Below, one piece after another: positions 1 through 11,699 of a stretch of DNA of 64,000 nt. Origin of the DNA: Neophaeotheca triangularis (taxonomy: Eukaryota). The position numbers and the translations under genes are program-made. The notes beneath the pieces are model-generated. The model did not search any database. It saw nothing but the letters and a program-made list of their open reading frames with translations, and was not told the DNA's origin. Where the stretch lies: the NCBI GenBank assembly GCA_054600435.1, contig BAAIJX010000002.1, positions 1-64,000 on the forward strand. Direction: 5' to 3'. Each line of letters begins with the position of its first letter. Positions within the stretch are counted from its first letter, which is position 1.

Positions 1-404
1 CCCCCCCTTCCCAACAAGATAGAAACCAAAATATCTCTCGAGCCCTTCCCAGCCTACTCGTTTTCCTCGCTACAGACCTCCCCATCCTCGTCGTTGTCCT
101 CAAGCGGGCACGTCTGGCAAACTACCTCCCATCGCAATGCAGGGGCGAACGTCGCGCAGCAGGGTCTCGAAGCAATTTGCGGTCGGTAAAGTGCTGGAAT
201 CTGGACTCGTGAAGACCTGGGTAAGGCTCTGGTGAGCTCGAACCGATACCCACGACCGCTGTGGCGGTTAGGAGGCGCAAGAGATGTGGGTTCATAGCTT
301 CTCCACTATTGGGTTTGACGCGAGAGTTGGCCAACGTGCTCAGGAATAGCGGGCTTGGCCTCGGGTTGAAGGGTTCTGAACCGGTGCATAGTTCGTGCTT
401 GGGT

Positions 405-2420
405 TTAATATTGATGAGTCACCAGTTCCTCTGTGAGCTCGTTTGTGCCCCATTGCTCTTCTAAGAGTCTGTTCTGCTCCCCAAACTCCTTTCGCTCTCT
501 CTCCCGGTGGATAGCTGCAATGAAGCTACAACGACGCCACCTTTTCGTGGCCCAAATGCCTTTCTGCGCGAGCGAATCCTGCTTAAGGCATGTCCTAGAT
601 GTTTGCCCCAAACTGGAATCAAGCGCGCAAAACTTCTTTCGCAATTGGTCGGGGCAAAAGTGATATGGTGGTAACCAATGTTTTGAGCTCTTTCGAATCC
701 AAGAGTCGTTTCGCCCCAAGAGCGGTGGAGCACTGAGCGATCGGCGCCGGACGCATGCTTTCATATCCCTTGGTCTCATCGCAAGAGCTATGAGGCCAGC
801 ATCGTCTTGCCAAGTTTCTATCAACTCGCTGAATTCGGTGCCACTATGCAGTATCCCGTTGTCCAGCTCTTCTTGGGCGTCAAAAACCCCGGAGCTGACG
901 AGAGTGATTGAACCTGCAAACCTCCATTCACCCTCACTCTCCTCTGATTCATCAGGTTTCCAGAATATCGTCGTTGGTGTAGAACGATCTGTTCCCCAGG
1001 CTCCGGGGATTGTCTCCAACTTTCTTCTTCCCAGCAGGGCGCATTTCTTGACTCCCAGTCTTGCCGTTAGGCCGTCGCACTCTGGGGGCAGTCGCAACGA
1101 CCAGAGAAGATATTCTGTGCAGTTCATGTCAAAATATGAAAAACCGGAGCTGAACTGCGCCTTGCTCCAGGCTTCAGATTCATTGGCCAAGTAGTCGCGC
1201 AACCTGATCTGCCGATCTGGGCATTGCTGAAATCCGGAGCGAACTGCATCGATCCATCTCTCCAACAACGTCGTCCTGTCAAGCAGCTCCTCGTGAGAGT
1301 GGAAACGGTTACTGAAGTAAGGAATTAGGAGCAGCTGGATTGGCGTTTCACCTTGACCAGTTGTACTCGAAGGGCTGCTACCGTTGCCGACGAGGAACCC
1401 AATTAGCTCAGACGCCTCTCTTACTACATCAAGGTCTTTGGATCTCAGCAGTCTGGCAGCTACGTGAAGCATGGTGTCTCCACTTCCGAGTTGAATATGT
1501 GTCAAGGCCGGATTATGAAGGTCACTTCCCAGCCACACCTTCAACTCTCCTCGTCCCAGCCTCCAGCAACGGTAATCTACCCATTCGCAGCGCGACTGTA
1601 GTGATCGCGAAGTCCAGGGCAATGTCTGACTCCTGAGCAGCATCTCGACATTATACGCACCAGCGGAGAGGTACAATGCAAGTGGTGTGTCCCCCTCATA
1701 AGCTACAGGATACTCATCCAAATCCACATCCGTTCCGAACTCACTGTGAAAAATCCGAAACGCAGCTTTGAATGTTTCCTCGCCATCAGCCCGAAAACAA
1801 ATGTTACTTAGCGCGCGGGTAGCATCATTCTGCCAATCAATACCGTTCACGTTTTGGAGTCCGGTGAGTAAGTAACGGCAGAGATTCGAATTTCCATGTC
1901 GTGAGGTCCACTGCAATTAGTCAGCCATATCGAAAGGCACCAAGTTACATGGCTGTGTTGAAGAAGGCTTACGTCGAGAATCGTGGTTCCATATTCACTG
2001 CAGTCCAATAGCGAAGCTTCTCCCCGATCAAAAGCATCCTGAACAGCGCGAACGTTGCCTCGCCTGCACAAGTCCCAAATCCTGGCGTCGGAAGGTATGA
2101 TTCGTTGTGCGCTGAGAGCTAACTTCCACTCGCCTTGGGAACTTAGAGCTGCGAAGTGCCACACGCGCGAGGTGAGAGACCGGAGGAAAGACACACGTAG
2201 CCGAAACCCAGGTTTCGCTTGGCGGCCATTGCGCTTAAAACTGGTTTTGGGGTCGCGTTTGGCCAAATCAGAAGACCCTGCTGTAGACTGCGGAATCAGT
2301 TGCATGCTGGAAGAAGTGTTGTGTTGGGTGGAAGTTAGAGCGAATCGGGCAGGCGATGTAACTAGGTCCTCGAGCATTTGCCGCTGGATGATTTGTTCTG
2401 AACGCACTTGCTCCACATGC
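405..2420 (-). CDS. Fungal ankyrin-like repeat protein; 5' end uncertain, possibly truncated
   Basis: ORFs 1847..2416 and 405..1916 join in frame via intron 1972..1911 (GTAAGC...GCTGAC...TTGCAG), giving ...GEASLLDCSEYGTTILD|WTSRHGNSNLCRYLL. Further ankyrin-like motifs: GDTMLHVAA, GETPIQLL. First ATG in frame is at 2377; no convincing upstream exon found. Confidence 0.55.
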
Positions 2421-3611
2421 CTGACATGAAGTCCACTTTGACCGCGAGTGTTCCGCTGGGTTCAAGAGTTGAGATAACGAGCTGCCAATGTATTTTGAGA
2501 GAGCGAGATGTGAACGGCGAGGCTGAAGTGGGTGTTTAACTCGGAGGCTGTAATGATACTCGCGATAGCCTTCCAGGATGAAAGCTACTGAGCCTCGCCA
2601 TCCATGGCTTAGCGAGGGCAGTTGATGCGCTGGCAAGCTACACCATCCGTAATTGAGTTGGATGCCAACACCTTTTGCTGTATGCAGTCAGCATGCACAA
2701 GCTGCACAGCCCTTGAGCTGGAGCTCCTGTAAGAGCTTCACTCAGGCCAGACTAGACTATGAAATCGAGATTGTAAGCGTCAGCTCTGCACCAAGAGGTA
2801 CCTAGGTAGGCACTCGGGTCGAACGCATCATGGTCTTGCGATACGACATGTGCACATGTATCTTATTATGGTACCCCCGTCGTATGGGTGTCAACAGCGG
2901 TCCACGGGTCCTTGTCGAGGCTGAGCTGGGGACGGTCGCACAAGGCTGGCGGTTCGCAGCCCATATGCAAGCCTCTCGCTTCTAGCGGCTCGAGAAAGCA
3001 GCAGAGCAGAGACGGTGGCGCCAGCGACATTCACCCGCCAGCCGTGATGGGCGGTAGGCGTATAGTGATCACACTTGAATATCTTGGCAAAGAAGCACCA
3101 ACTACAAGGTAGCAAGTGATGATGTAGAGATGTAGAGATGTAGTCGTCCCAAAGACGTTGGAAGAGCGGAAGGCACTCCTCGTCGCCCGAGGCAGATTGT
3201 CTTGGCAAGCTCCCCTTCCAGTACACGCCCAGCACATGAACTGTCCATTACAGTATACCAACTCGAAACTACCCACAACAAAACCACCCCAAGTCTCAAT
3301 CGCGACAGACCCTCTTCACAAGACCCTCCAGTCCCGTCACCACCTTGGTTAGCCCTCTCCCTCGCTTACATTACCGAATCCCAATGGCAGAAGAAGGGTC
3401 CTTACGATTCAACACCCACGGCATCGAGCTCAATGCACGAAGCAAAACGATTATATCGAACATTCCGTCAAAGAGTAGCATGCAATACCCACAAGAACTC
3501 CAAGCGAACGCCACGCTAAAACACATTGACTCTTCGGCCGCCACCGATTCCCTCCCACTCCACCGCCCTTATTCTCCTATCTCTTACCACCACCATCATT
3601 ACCCTGAAGGC

Positions 3612-5751
3612 TCATCCCCAAGGCTGCTGCCCCTGCTGTCCAAACTGTCCATACTGCCCGTGCATCGCCTGCCCCTGACCACCAAAAGCCTGTTGCGGCT
3701 GCTGCTGCTCAAAGCCCTGCATCCCCATACCCATGCCCATACCCATTCCCTGCTGGCCCGTCATTTGCGGCTGCATGCCTTGGGCTCCAAACTGTCCCAT
3801 GCCCTGCTGCTGCTGACCCATTCCCATGCCCTGCATACCCGTAGCCTGCGCCTGGATACCCTGCATTCCCTGCCCCTGCGCCGCCTGCCCAGGCCGAGGA
3901 AACACTTCCGTTCCACCCCCAAGTTCAAAACCCCCCATTGTAGGCTGTTGTGAATTCTGCCATCCAGAGCCTGTAGCCTGATTGACAAAAACAGATTGTC
4001 TGAAAGGGTTCGTGCCCGTGGCTTGCGGTTGCAGCATACTCTGGCCTTGTTGAGCTGGAGGCGGGGAGTTATGCGGTGAAGGGCGTGCGAAGGGGTTGGT
4101 GCCGGTTGGTTGGGCTTGGAGGGGGGAGAAGGATTGCTGAGGTTGTTGTTGTTGAGGTTGTTGTTGTTCGGGTTGCGGTTGCTGGTTGCGGGCGAATGGG
4201 TTGGTGGATTGGCGTTGGGATTGCTGGGGTGAGAGGCCAATGGGCATGGAGGATTTGCGGAAGGGGTTTGCGCCGGTTTGTTGGGATTGCATGGGTTGTG
4301 GTTGCTGATAGCCCGCGCCATTTTGCATTGGGTCTTGGGTGAATTGTGGTTGGGATTGTTGAGGTTGCTGGGCGAAGGCGTTGCCGGTTGGGAATGCTTG
4401 TTGCTGAGGTTGCGGTCCGTAGCCGCCAAAGCCAGCGCCGGTGGGTTGCATTTGGAGTTGCTGGGGCATTTGTTGTTGTTGCTGCGGCATTTGCTGCTGC
4501 GGTTGTTGAAACTGTTGCTGCGGTTGCCCGAATGGGTTTGATTGGCCGTCCATAGTCTGCTGCTGAGGGAACTGCATGCCCGTTTGTTGTGGGGCTTGGA
4601 AGGCGTTACCAAAACCGGTAGGTTGCTGCTGCTGCTGCTGCTGTTGAAATTGCTGGGCATTGTGCGCCATGGGTTGTTGGTTTTGCTCGATGCTGTCGAA
4701 GAAGTCGATAAGATCGGGCGCTGGTCCCTTTGCCGGAGCTTGGCTCTGACTTTGCGACGGAGGCGGTCCTGGAGGCGGTGCGACGGCCGAAGGAGAAGTG
4801 ACCGGCTGCTGCGGTTTTGCAGGCTGCGAAGGCTTCGACATACCAGCACCAGGCTTTTTCCCACTTTGCTCGGCCAGATACTTCTGCCTATTGTTGTCAA
4901 AGTCCTGATCGTCCAAATACTCCTGCAAAGAAGCCGCCAAACTGGTAGGCGCGTGCTTGATTTTCGGAATCTCCAGCCTCGTCGCATGCTCGTATTGCCT
5001 GGCAACAGCCAAAAACTTGACAACCTGATCCGTCTGCTTACAGAACCGCGAGTATATGCTAATGGCCCTCTCCGCATCCGGCCTCGACATCTCAAAGTAA
5101 TGGCTGAGCACATTCATGACCGCCTCATTCTGCACCGCATATAGATCCAGCAAATCCTTGGTCAACAGCCGGAAAGCCATGAGCGAAATCTCATTCTCCG
5201 ACTCATTGTCCAGCAAATCGCACTTTACCAGCACACGAATTTGATCCTGTATCACCTCCGTCTCCCTCAACAAGCCCTTATCCACCGTCAACCTCCTCAT
5301 CCTGCCCTCCCCACTCCTGACAAAATCGCATTGTGTAGAAGCGAAAGCTCTCGCGCGCGCGACCAAGTAGTCCGAGTAACGTCTTATGTTATGGCCTTGG
5401 GTCTGCACGTCGGTGAAGCTGTTCATAGCCAGCCGGTTGGCGGGCGCGGCGGATAGGTAGCTGAGCGTGACATCTTGCACGCCCTCTTTGATCATCAGGT
5501 GTACGATTATGAGCGCTTTGAAAGCGACGGTCCATGTTGAGTCGCGTAGGCGGCCGGTTAAGGAGCGGAAGACATCGGCGACGCCGGCTTCGCCAGATTG
5601 TGTTGCCTGGAGGATATGTTCGACATATTTGGATTTGGGAGGGGCGGCCTGAAATGGAGTCAGAGGAACGGTATGTAGGCGTACATATCGACTATATTCA
5701 TACCTTGACCTTGGTGCCGCCCTTGACCGATTTCTCGAATGAGCTCGACAT
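3612..5751 (-). CDS. YAP1801/YAP1802-like: ANTH-domain clathrin coat assembly protein (AP180/Yap180 family)
   Basis: Exon 1 5751..5704 (MSSSFEKSVKGGTKVK), intron 5703..5649, then AAPPKSKY...WTVAFKALIIVHLMIKEG (ANTH domain). Q-rich tail has a DLIDFF clathrin-box-like motif, five NPF motifs and QxTG repeats. The ORF-track start at 6062 is an artefact. Confidence 0.93.
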
Positions 5752-6872
5752 GGCTGCGTTGAGGGCGTATAAGGGCGGGGTGTTTGAGTGGTAGGTGGAG
5801 TGGCTATCGCAAGGACAGCATGATGCGACGCAAGGGAGAGCAAGGGTTCATGCAATGGAGAGAAAGGTTTCGGTATTAATTGATTGGGTGTATGGATATC
5901 TGTCATTAAAGCTGCGCACTTAGCCCAAGCTGCACGAGGTGAGGTTGGAGTAACGCGGCCGGGAGTCTTGGCACAACTCAATAGGGATTGGCAGGGACGG
6001 GATGGATGATTGAGCAAACAGACAAAAACCAGGAAGGGAAAGGAACATCCATGTCGCATCAAATAGCCTCGAGCAATACTTTGACCACATGCAAGAGAAG
6101 TTTTGCTGATGTCGATTGCTCTGCCGTCTTCAACTCTAAGAGCGTTTCCTGAAGTACGATGGTCTGCTCGCCATGGACAGGCAAAAAGGCGGTTGTTTCA
6201 ACCCCCTTATCAAGACCTCAATGATGGTGAAAGAAGGAACGAGAGATGGAAGAGGAAGACCCGCAGGTATTAAACGGCAAATAGCTCCATTTGTTCTACA
6301 TAACCCACGCCGACTCTTGCACGCACGCAGCCGTCCGACCACGCGCCATGCAAACGCCAGCTCAGCCCTCACAAACAGAAAACCCATTCGCAGTTTCAAA
6401 AGTTTGGATCAGAGATGCCATTTCTTCGCGTCCGTTGTAGTAACAAGAAGGGTGTGCCGAACGCAGATTTCACGCTGCCTCGCACCTCCGCCCTCGCGCC
6501 ACTTGAGCCCAGTGAAGGGAGAGCTATCGAAGGCGGGAAGTGGAGGACAGTTCTCACCTGGTACACGCTAAGCTTTCATCATCTGGAGTAGCTGTTAGTG
6601 TTGAATGTGTGGGCGAAAAGGGCTGTGCAAGCAAACGTACATGTTTTGAACTGGAAGGATTCGTGGAGAAGAAAAGAAGAGGGAGTGAAGCTGGCTGCGA
6701 TTCGAATTTTGATGGCCTCCAAACCGACAAGACGGTTACGTAAGCAACCCTTTCTGAAGCTAGTCCGCATCTGGGTCTCGAGACTTCATCTCCTAGAATA
6801 CTTAAACCTCGACCTTTCTTTTTCTATCTAATTCACTCATACAATAACCCGCAACAGAGCGGCATTGATCCC

Positions 6873-9159
6873 ATGCAGACTCGTCGCGCCTGTTGCGATG
6901 CCTTAAAATCAGCCAATGCCGTTCTTCGCATAGCTCGCGGCAGAGGTCTGCATGGTGAGTGGCCCATTCATCAAAGGCATGATTTGGCTACGAAGAAGTC
7001 ATCACAGCGCCGCTTGTACAATACTTCTTCAAGTCATGGCGAGGTCCTAGAGTCATACAAGCGGGGTCGTAAGTGCATTCTCAGATACACATCTGCGTTA
7101 GCTGCTAATTTGGACATAGTGGCCGCCCCTAAAGCAGACTACTCTTTCCGCAAACTGCGGCAGAGTATCGTTGAACGTGGCTACGATGGTCAAGCTACGA
7201 TCCATGGATTTCTGGGAACCAGACGCAACGCTTCCAAATCTTTGACCTTCGCCGAATTACATGATCCAGAGGACCGCGAAGAGCATATCCAGCTTGTTTT
7301 TAAAGCCGACAAAGACGATGTGATGCTGAATCAGATTCGTAATATGCCCGATCACTCCGTTGTAGCCGTTGCTGGTGTTTCGAAAGTAAGAAAAACCAAG
7401 TCTGGCGAGCAAGGCGTAGAGTTAGAAGTCTCTAGCATCCACGTCCTGAATGAGTTTCCCTCCGATATCATCATGGCTCCCGAGACTAGATTCAGCCCTG
7501 AGCAGAGGCATCTGCAGCTGCGTAATTCGAAGGAGATTCGTGACGCCCTCAATGCCCGATCCCGAATAGCAACACTGGTGAGAGAGAGCCTTCTCAAACG
7601 GCATGGCTTTGTCGAGATAGAGACGCCGATCTTGTTCAAATCGACACCTGAAGGTGCCCGAGAGTTTTTAGTGCCGACGAGGACACAAGGTCATGCTTAT
7701 GCTCTTCCTCAAAGCCCGCAGCAATATAAACAGATATTGATGGCGAGCGGCATTCATCGGTACATGCAGATTGCCAAATGCTTCCGAGACGAAGACCTTC
7801 GTGCGGACAGGCAGCCCGAATTTACTCAGGTACAGCCTCCCGAATGCCACGAGATTAGAGCTTCACTGACAACATTGTAGATTGACCTTGAAATGTCTTT
7901 CGCTGATGGACAAGACGTAATGAAAGTCATCGAGTCATTAGTCGCTTCCGTGTGGTGTGCAACATTTGGGTCTGATGAACTACCACCCGAGCTAGTCAGC
8001 GCCAACGGAGGGTCGGCTGATGCAGGGCTCGAGTCAGAGCCACCGTCACCATCCCCATTCCAGCGCATGACATACGAGCATGCCATGAATCGATATGGGT
8101 CAGACAAGCCTGATTTGCGTTTAGGCGCAGAGGTAGAGATCCGCCCAGTCACGCTCGCCTACGCGTCATTACCAAACTAACACTCAACAGATCCACAAGA
8201 TCGACTACATGCTCCCAGTCGACCTCGTCAGCAAACTCGGCCCTCTCACCGACCCCATCGTCGAAGTCTTCAAACTCCCCATCTCCGAAGATGCCCAAGA
8301 AACCCGCGACTTCGTGACCTCCTTCATGGACTCCCCAGCCTCCCACCCCTTCACCACCAACCCCGAAGGCCAACCCGGCATATTCATCTACGATACGCGC
8401 AAACCTCTCCAAGGCCTGCAACCCTTCGGTTTCGAAGCAGCCGAAGCAATCGAAGACCTCCTCTCCCTCGAAGACGGCGACCTCGTCGTCCTCCAAGCCC
8501 GCAAATGCACTCAACAACACACAGGCGGCTTAACACCGCTCGGCAACCTCCGCCTAGCCCTCCATCGCGCCGCCGTCGAAGCCAAACTCCTCCCGCCACC
8601 CACCGGCTTCAAATTTCTCTGGATAACCGACTTCCCGCTCTTCACACCGACCAAAGACGACCCCGCCGACCCAGGGCAGGGCGGCTCACGCGGTCTAGCT
8701 TCCACGCACCACCCCTTCACCTCCCCCAAAACCCCCGCCGACATCGACCTCCTCCTCACCGACCCCTTGGCGGTGAAAGCCGACCACTACGACCTCGTCG
8801 TCAACGGCGTAGAGCTGGGCGGCGGGTCCCGCAGAATCCACAACGCTGCGATGCAGGAATTGATAATGCGGGAAGTGCTAGGTATGTCTGACGAACGCGT
8901 GGGGGATTTCAGTCACTTATTGGAAGTTTTGCGGGCCGGATGTCCGCCGCATGCGGGTATTGCGTTGGGGTTTGATAGGCTGGTTGCTGTGCTTTTGGGT
9001 AAGGAGAGTTTGAGGGATGTTATTGCGTTTCCCAAGAGTGGGAGAGGGGAGGATGGGTTGGTTGGGAGCCCCGGGAGGTTGACGGAAGAGCAGTTGCGGA
9101 CGTATCACTTGGAGCTCAGAGGGAAAGGGGAGGATGGGAAGGGGAATGGGTCTGGCTGA
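6873..9159 (+). CDS. MSD1: Mitochondrial aspartyl-tRNA synthetase
   Basis: Motifs [83 protein letters not shown]. Introns 7069..7119, 7830..7880, 8133..8190. Arg-rich N-terminal presequence. Confidence 0.95.
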
Positions 9160-9354
9160 GGGGATTTGGTAGGTATGTATGATGTTGGACGGGGGCGGGT
9201 GTGTACCATAACTGTAATAGTAAATGCCTTGTCCACGCCACTACCTTTTACATACACTGCCTGTTCGTACTATCATGTCTCCAATACCGAAAGATCTCAA
9301 TCCTACAGTCTCCCACCCCCCCGCCTCCAGCCTACCCAGCTAACACCTCTAAAC

Positions 9355-11079
9355 CTATCCCTCCTTCTCCTCACCCGCCCTCCGAGCAATCCTAACCTCA
9401 AGCCCACTCTGCACGACGAAAAAAGTCGAATGATGCTTCAACTCCCCATCCGGTCTGAGCAACTCAAACTCATAATCCCTAAACAGCATTGGCAGAGTCT
9501 TGTTCATTTCCAGCAGCGCCAGATTCTTGCCGATACACAAGTGGGAACCGCCTCCGAACTGATTGTGGCATGATCATTAGCGAAAGAGCGTTTCAAGATC
9601 ATTTTTAGGCATGCGATGAAGAGCAACACCAACAGCAACAAGCAACAAGCAACGAAACGCGACCAGAAGAAAAAAAAAACACACCTGAAACATAAACCTC
9701 TCCATGCCCCTAATCCTGCCCTCATCCTCCCCCAACCACCTCTCCGGCCTAAAAGCTCCACAATCCTCACCAAAAGTCCCGCGATCCCGGTGTAAAACCC
9801 ACGCATTCACCGCCACCCTCGTACCCCCGGGAAACATCCTCCCATCGACCTCGGCACCCCCCTTCGGCACAAGACGCGTGATGTTCAGTCCCACCGCCGG
9901 TCGTAGACGCATAGTTTCTTTCAGACAAGCTTGGAAGTAAGGCAGGGCTTGCACTTCGTTCCAAGTGGGACAAGGGCTGAGTCCGGCGTTGAGGATTTCG
10001 TGCACGAGAGTTTTGTAAATGGTTGGGGAGCGGAGAACGTGGTGGCAGAAACTTTGCATAGTGGAAGCGGTGCTATCGCTGCCCGCGAAGATGGCGCCGT
10101 GGGCGATGGCGAAAACGTCGCCGGGGGTGAAGTTCTCCGGGGCTTTTTCGTGGGAGGTGAGGAGGTGGGTGAGGATGTCTTTGCGTTCGGGGGGCTGGGT
10201 TCGGGTTTTGCGTTTCGCGACTTCGTCGAGCGCCATGCGGGTTATGAGGAAGTTGGAGCTGTTGAGCCAGGGGACCAGTTTCCATAGCGGGTTGCGGCGG
10301 AAGAGGAAGTCGAACTCCGGGATTTGACCGATGAGGCCGTCGTACCATTGCATGTCGTCGATGGTCTTGATGGCGTTTTCGACGTCTGTGCCGGTTGCAA
10401 GGAAGCCAAAGTTGCGGCTGAAAGCTATTTCGCCTAGGACGTCGAAGGCGAAGTAGTGGAGCCAGTCGCCGAGGTTGCAGTATTGGGTTGGTGAGGTTGC
10501 CATGGCGTTGAGTTTGGCGGTAAGGGCTTTCTGCGTCTCTTCAAAGCAAGGAGAGAGAGATTGCATGCTGCTCATGCTGTAGGCGTTGGAGGCGTAGCGT
10601 TTCTTTACTCCGTGCACGCTTTCGCGGGTTTCCGTGAATATGTCAGGGTTCTCGGGGGGTGGGAATACGGCGTAAAAGTCGGTTTTGTGGAAGCCTTTGC
10701 CTGCTGCGAGGATTTCTCGGGCGGCTTGGGGTGAGGAGAGGGAGAGCTCGTTAGGAGCTATGCGGACGATTGGTCCATAGTGGGCGTGGAGGTTGATGTG
10801 GTCGGTCTCTGTGTGGCCTTTGTAGGTGCTGATGACTAAAAAAACTTGTCAGCTTTCCGTATTGATGGTCTTTTGGTTCGTTGGGCTATTCCTACCCTTC
10901 CACGCTCGACTGCCCGAAGCCAGGAATGGTCCTGGATATTGACGCAGTGGCGAAGCATAGCGTCTGTAGAGAAACCGCAGAAATACGAAAACCGGCATGA
11001 ACAAGTACCAATTCGCCCTCAACACCCTGATTGCCTGTACGGCATGACTGTCCGGAACGTCGACATTGATGACCGCCAT
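9355..11079 (-). CDS. Cytochrome P450 monooxygenase (pisatin demethylase/benzoate 4-monooxygenase-like clan)
   Basis: N-terminal TM anchor then PLRQYPGP; YGPIVRIAPNELS; I-helix AGSDST; ETMR (ExxR); FRPERW; heme motif FGGGSHLCIG. Introns 10895..10836 and 9684..9559. Confidence 0.93.
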
Positions 11080-11436
11080 GTTGAGATGATGGCTCCTCGC
11101 GTGGGCTGTTGAATCGCACAACTCTCTTCAGAAATGCTGACGCGAAGAAAGGGGAGAACAGAAGAGGAGGGAAGGGTGGTGTTGGTGTCTTACCGTCCCG
11201 TCTACATACTTACCTGCATCCGCCATCATCGAGGTACCGTCTTTCGGCAGATGTGGTTGATGCGGTACCGTTGCGATAGACGGGGTTGCGTGGAACCGGC
11301 TAAATGCTAGGGTACGCGCTGGCGACGGTTGATACAAGCAGATACGGCATCTGTAGCACCTGATGTTCGGTGGCTCGCGAGTCGTGATGGTGGAGGTTGG
11401 TAGTGACGGAGGTCGAGGCTTGCTTCGTGTCGTCGG

Positions 11437-11583
11437 TGATGCGGAAGGCGTCGAGGGGACGTCACGTGACCCCGTGACGTGGCACTAGGCCTAGGCCCGT
11501 ACATGCATGCATCACTACCTTTCTTTAGCTAGCCTTCTATAGACATCTTCTATAGGATACACATTTATGATACTTACACATTA
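11437..11583 (+). repeat. 5' LTR (147 bp)
   Basis: Ungapped alignment to 19612..19758 gives 134/147 identity by manual count; all 13 differences are C/T or G/A transitions. Confidence 0.96.
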
Positions 11584-11584
11584 G

Positions 11585-11593
11585 TAGTAGCTA
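11585..11593 (+). promoter_or_regulatory. Putative primer-binding site (initiator tRNA-Met type, RIP-altered)
   Basis: TAGTAGCTA lies 1 nt after the 5' LTR. Reversing two TG>TA changes gives TGGTAGCTG, complementary to a ...CAGCUACCA tRNAiMet 3' end (tRNA sequence recalled, not checked). Confidence 0.5.
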
Positions 11594-11699
11594 AGAATCT
11601 AAGTGTTACGATTCCTTCTTAAATCACTAGGGTTAACTGATTAAATTCGACACCTACTACGCCCTCCCCAACATCTTACTATAGTACACCACGCCTACC

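Noticed and set aside
2846..2859. Perfect 14-bp palindrome ACATGTGCACATGT
   Set aside because: A few palindromes of this length are expected by chance in 64 kb; no supporting context.
5752..6062. N-terminal extension of the 816-aa ORF-track AP180 protein
   Set aside because: The conserved start MSSSFEKSVKG is in another frame at 5751 and splices in through a canonical intron; the extension is UTR/intron read-through.
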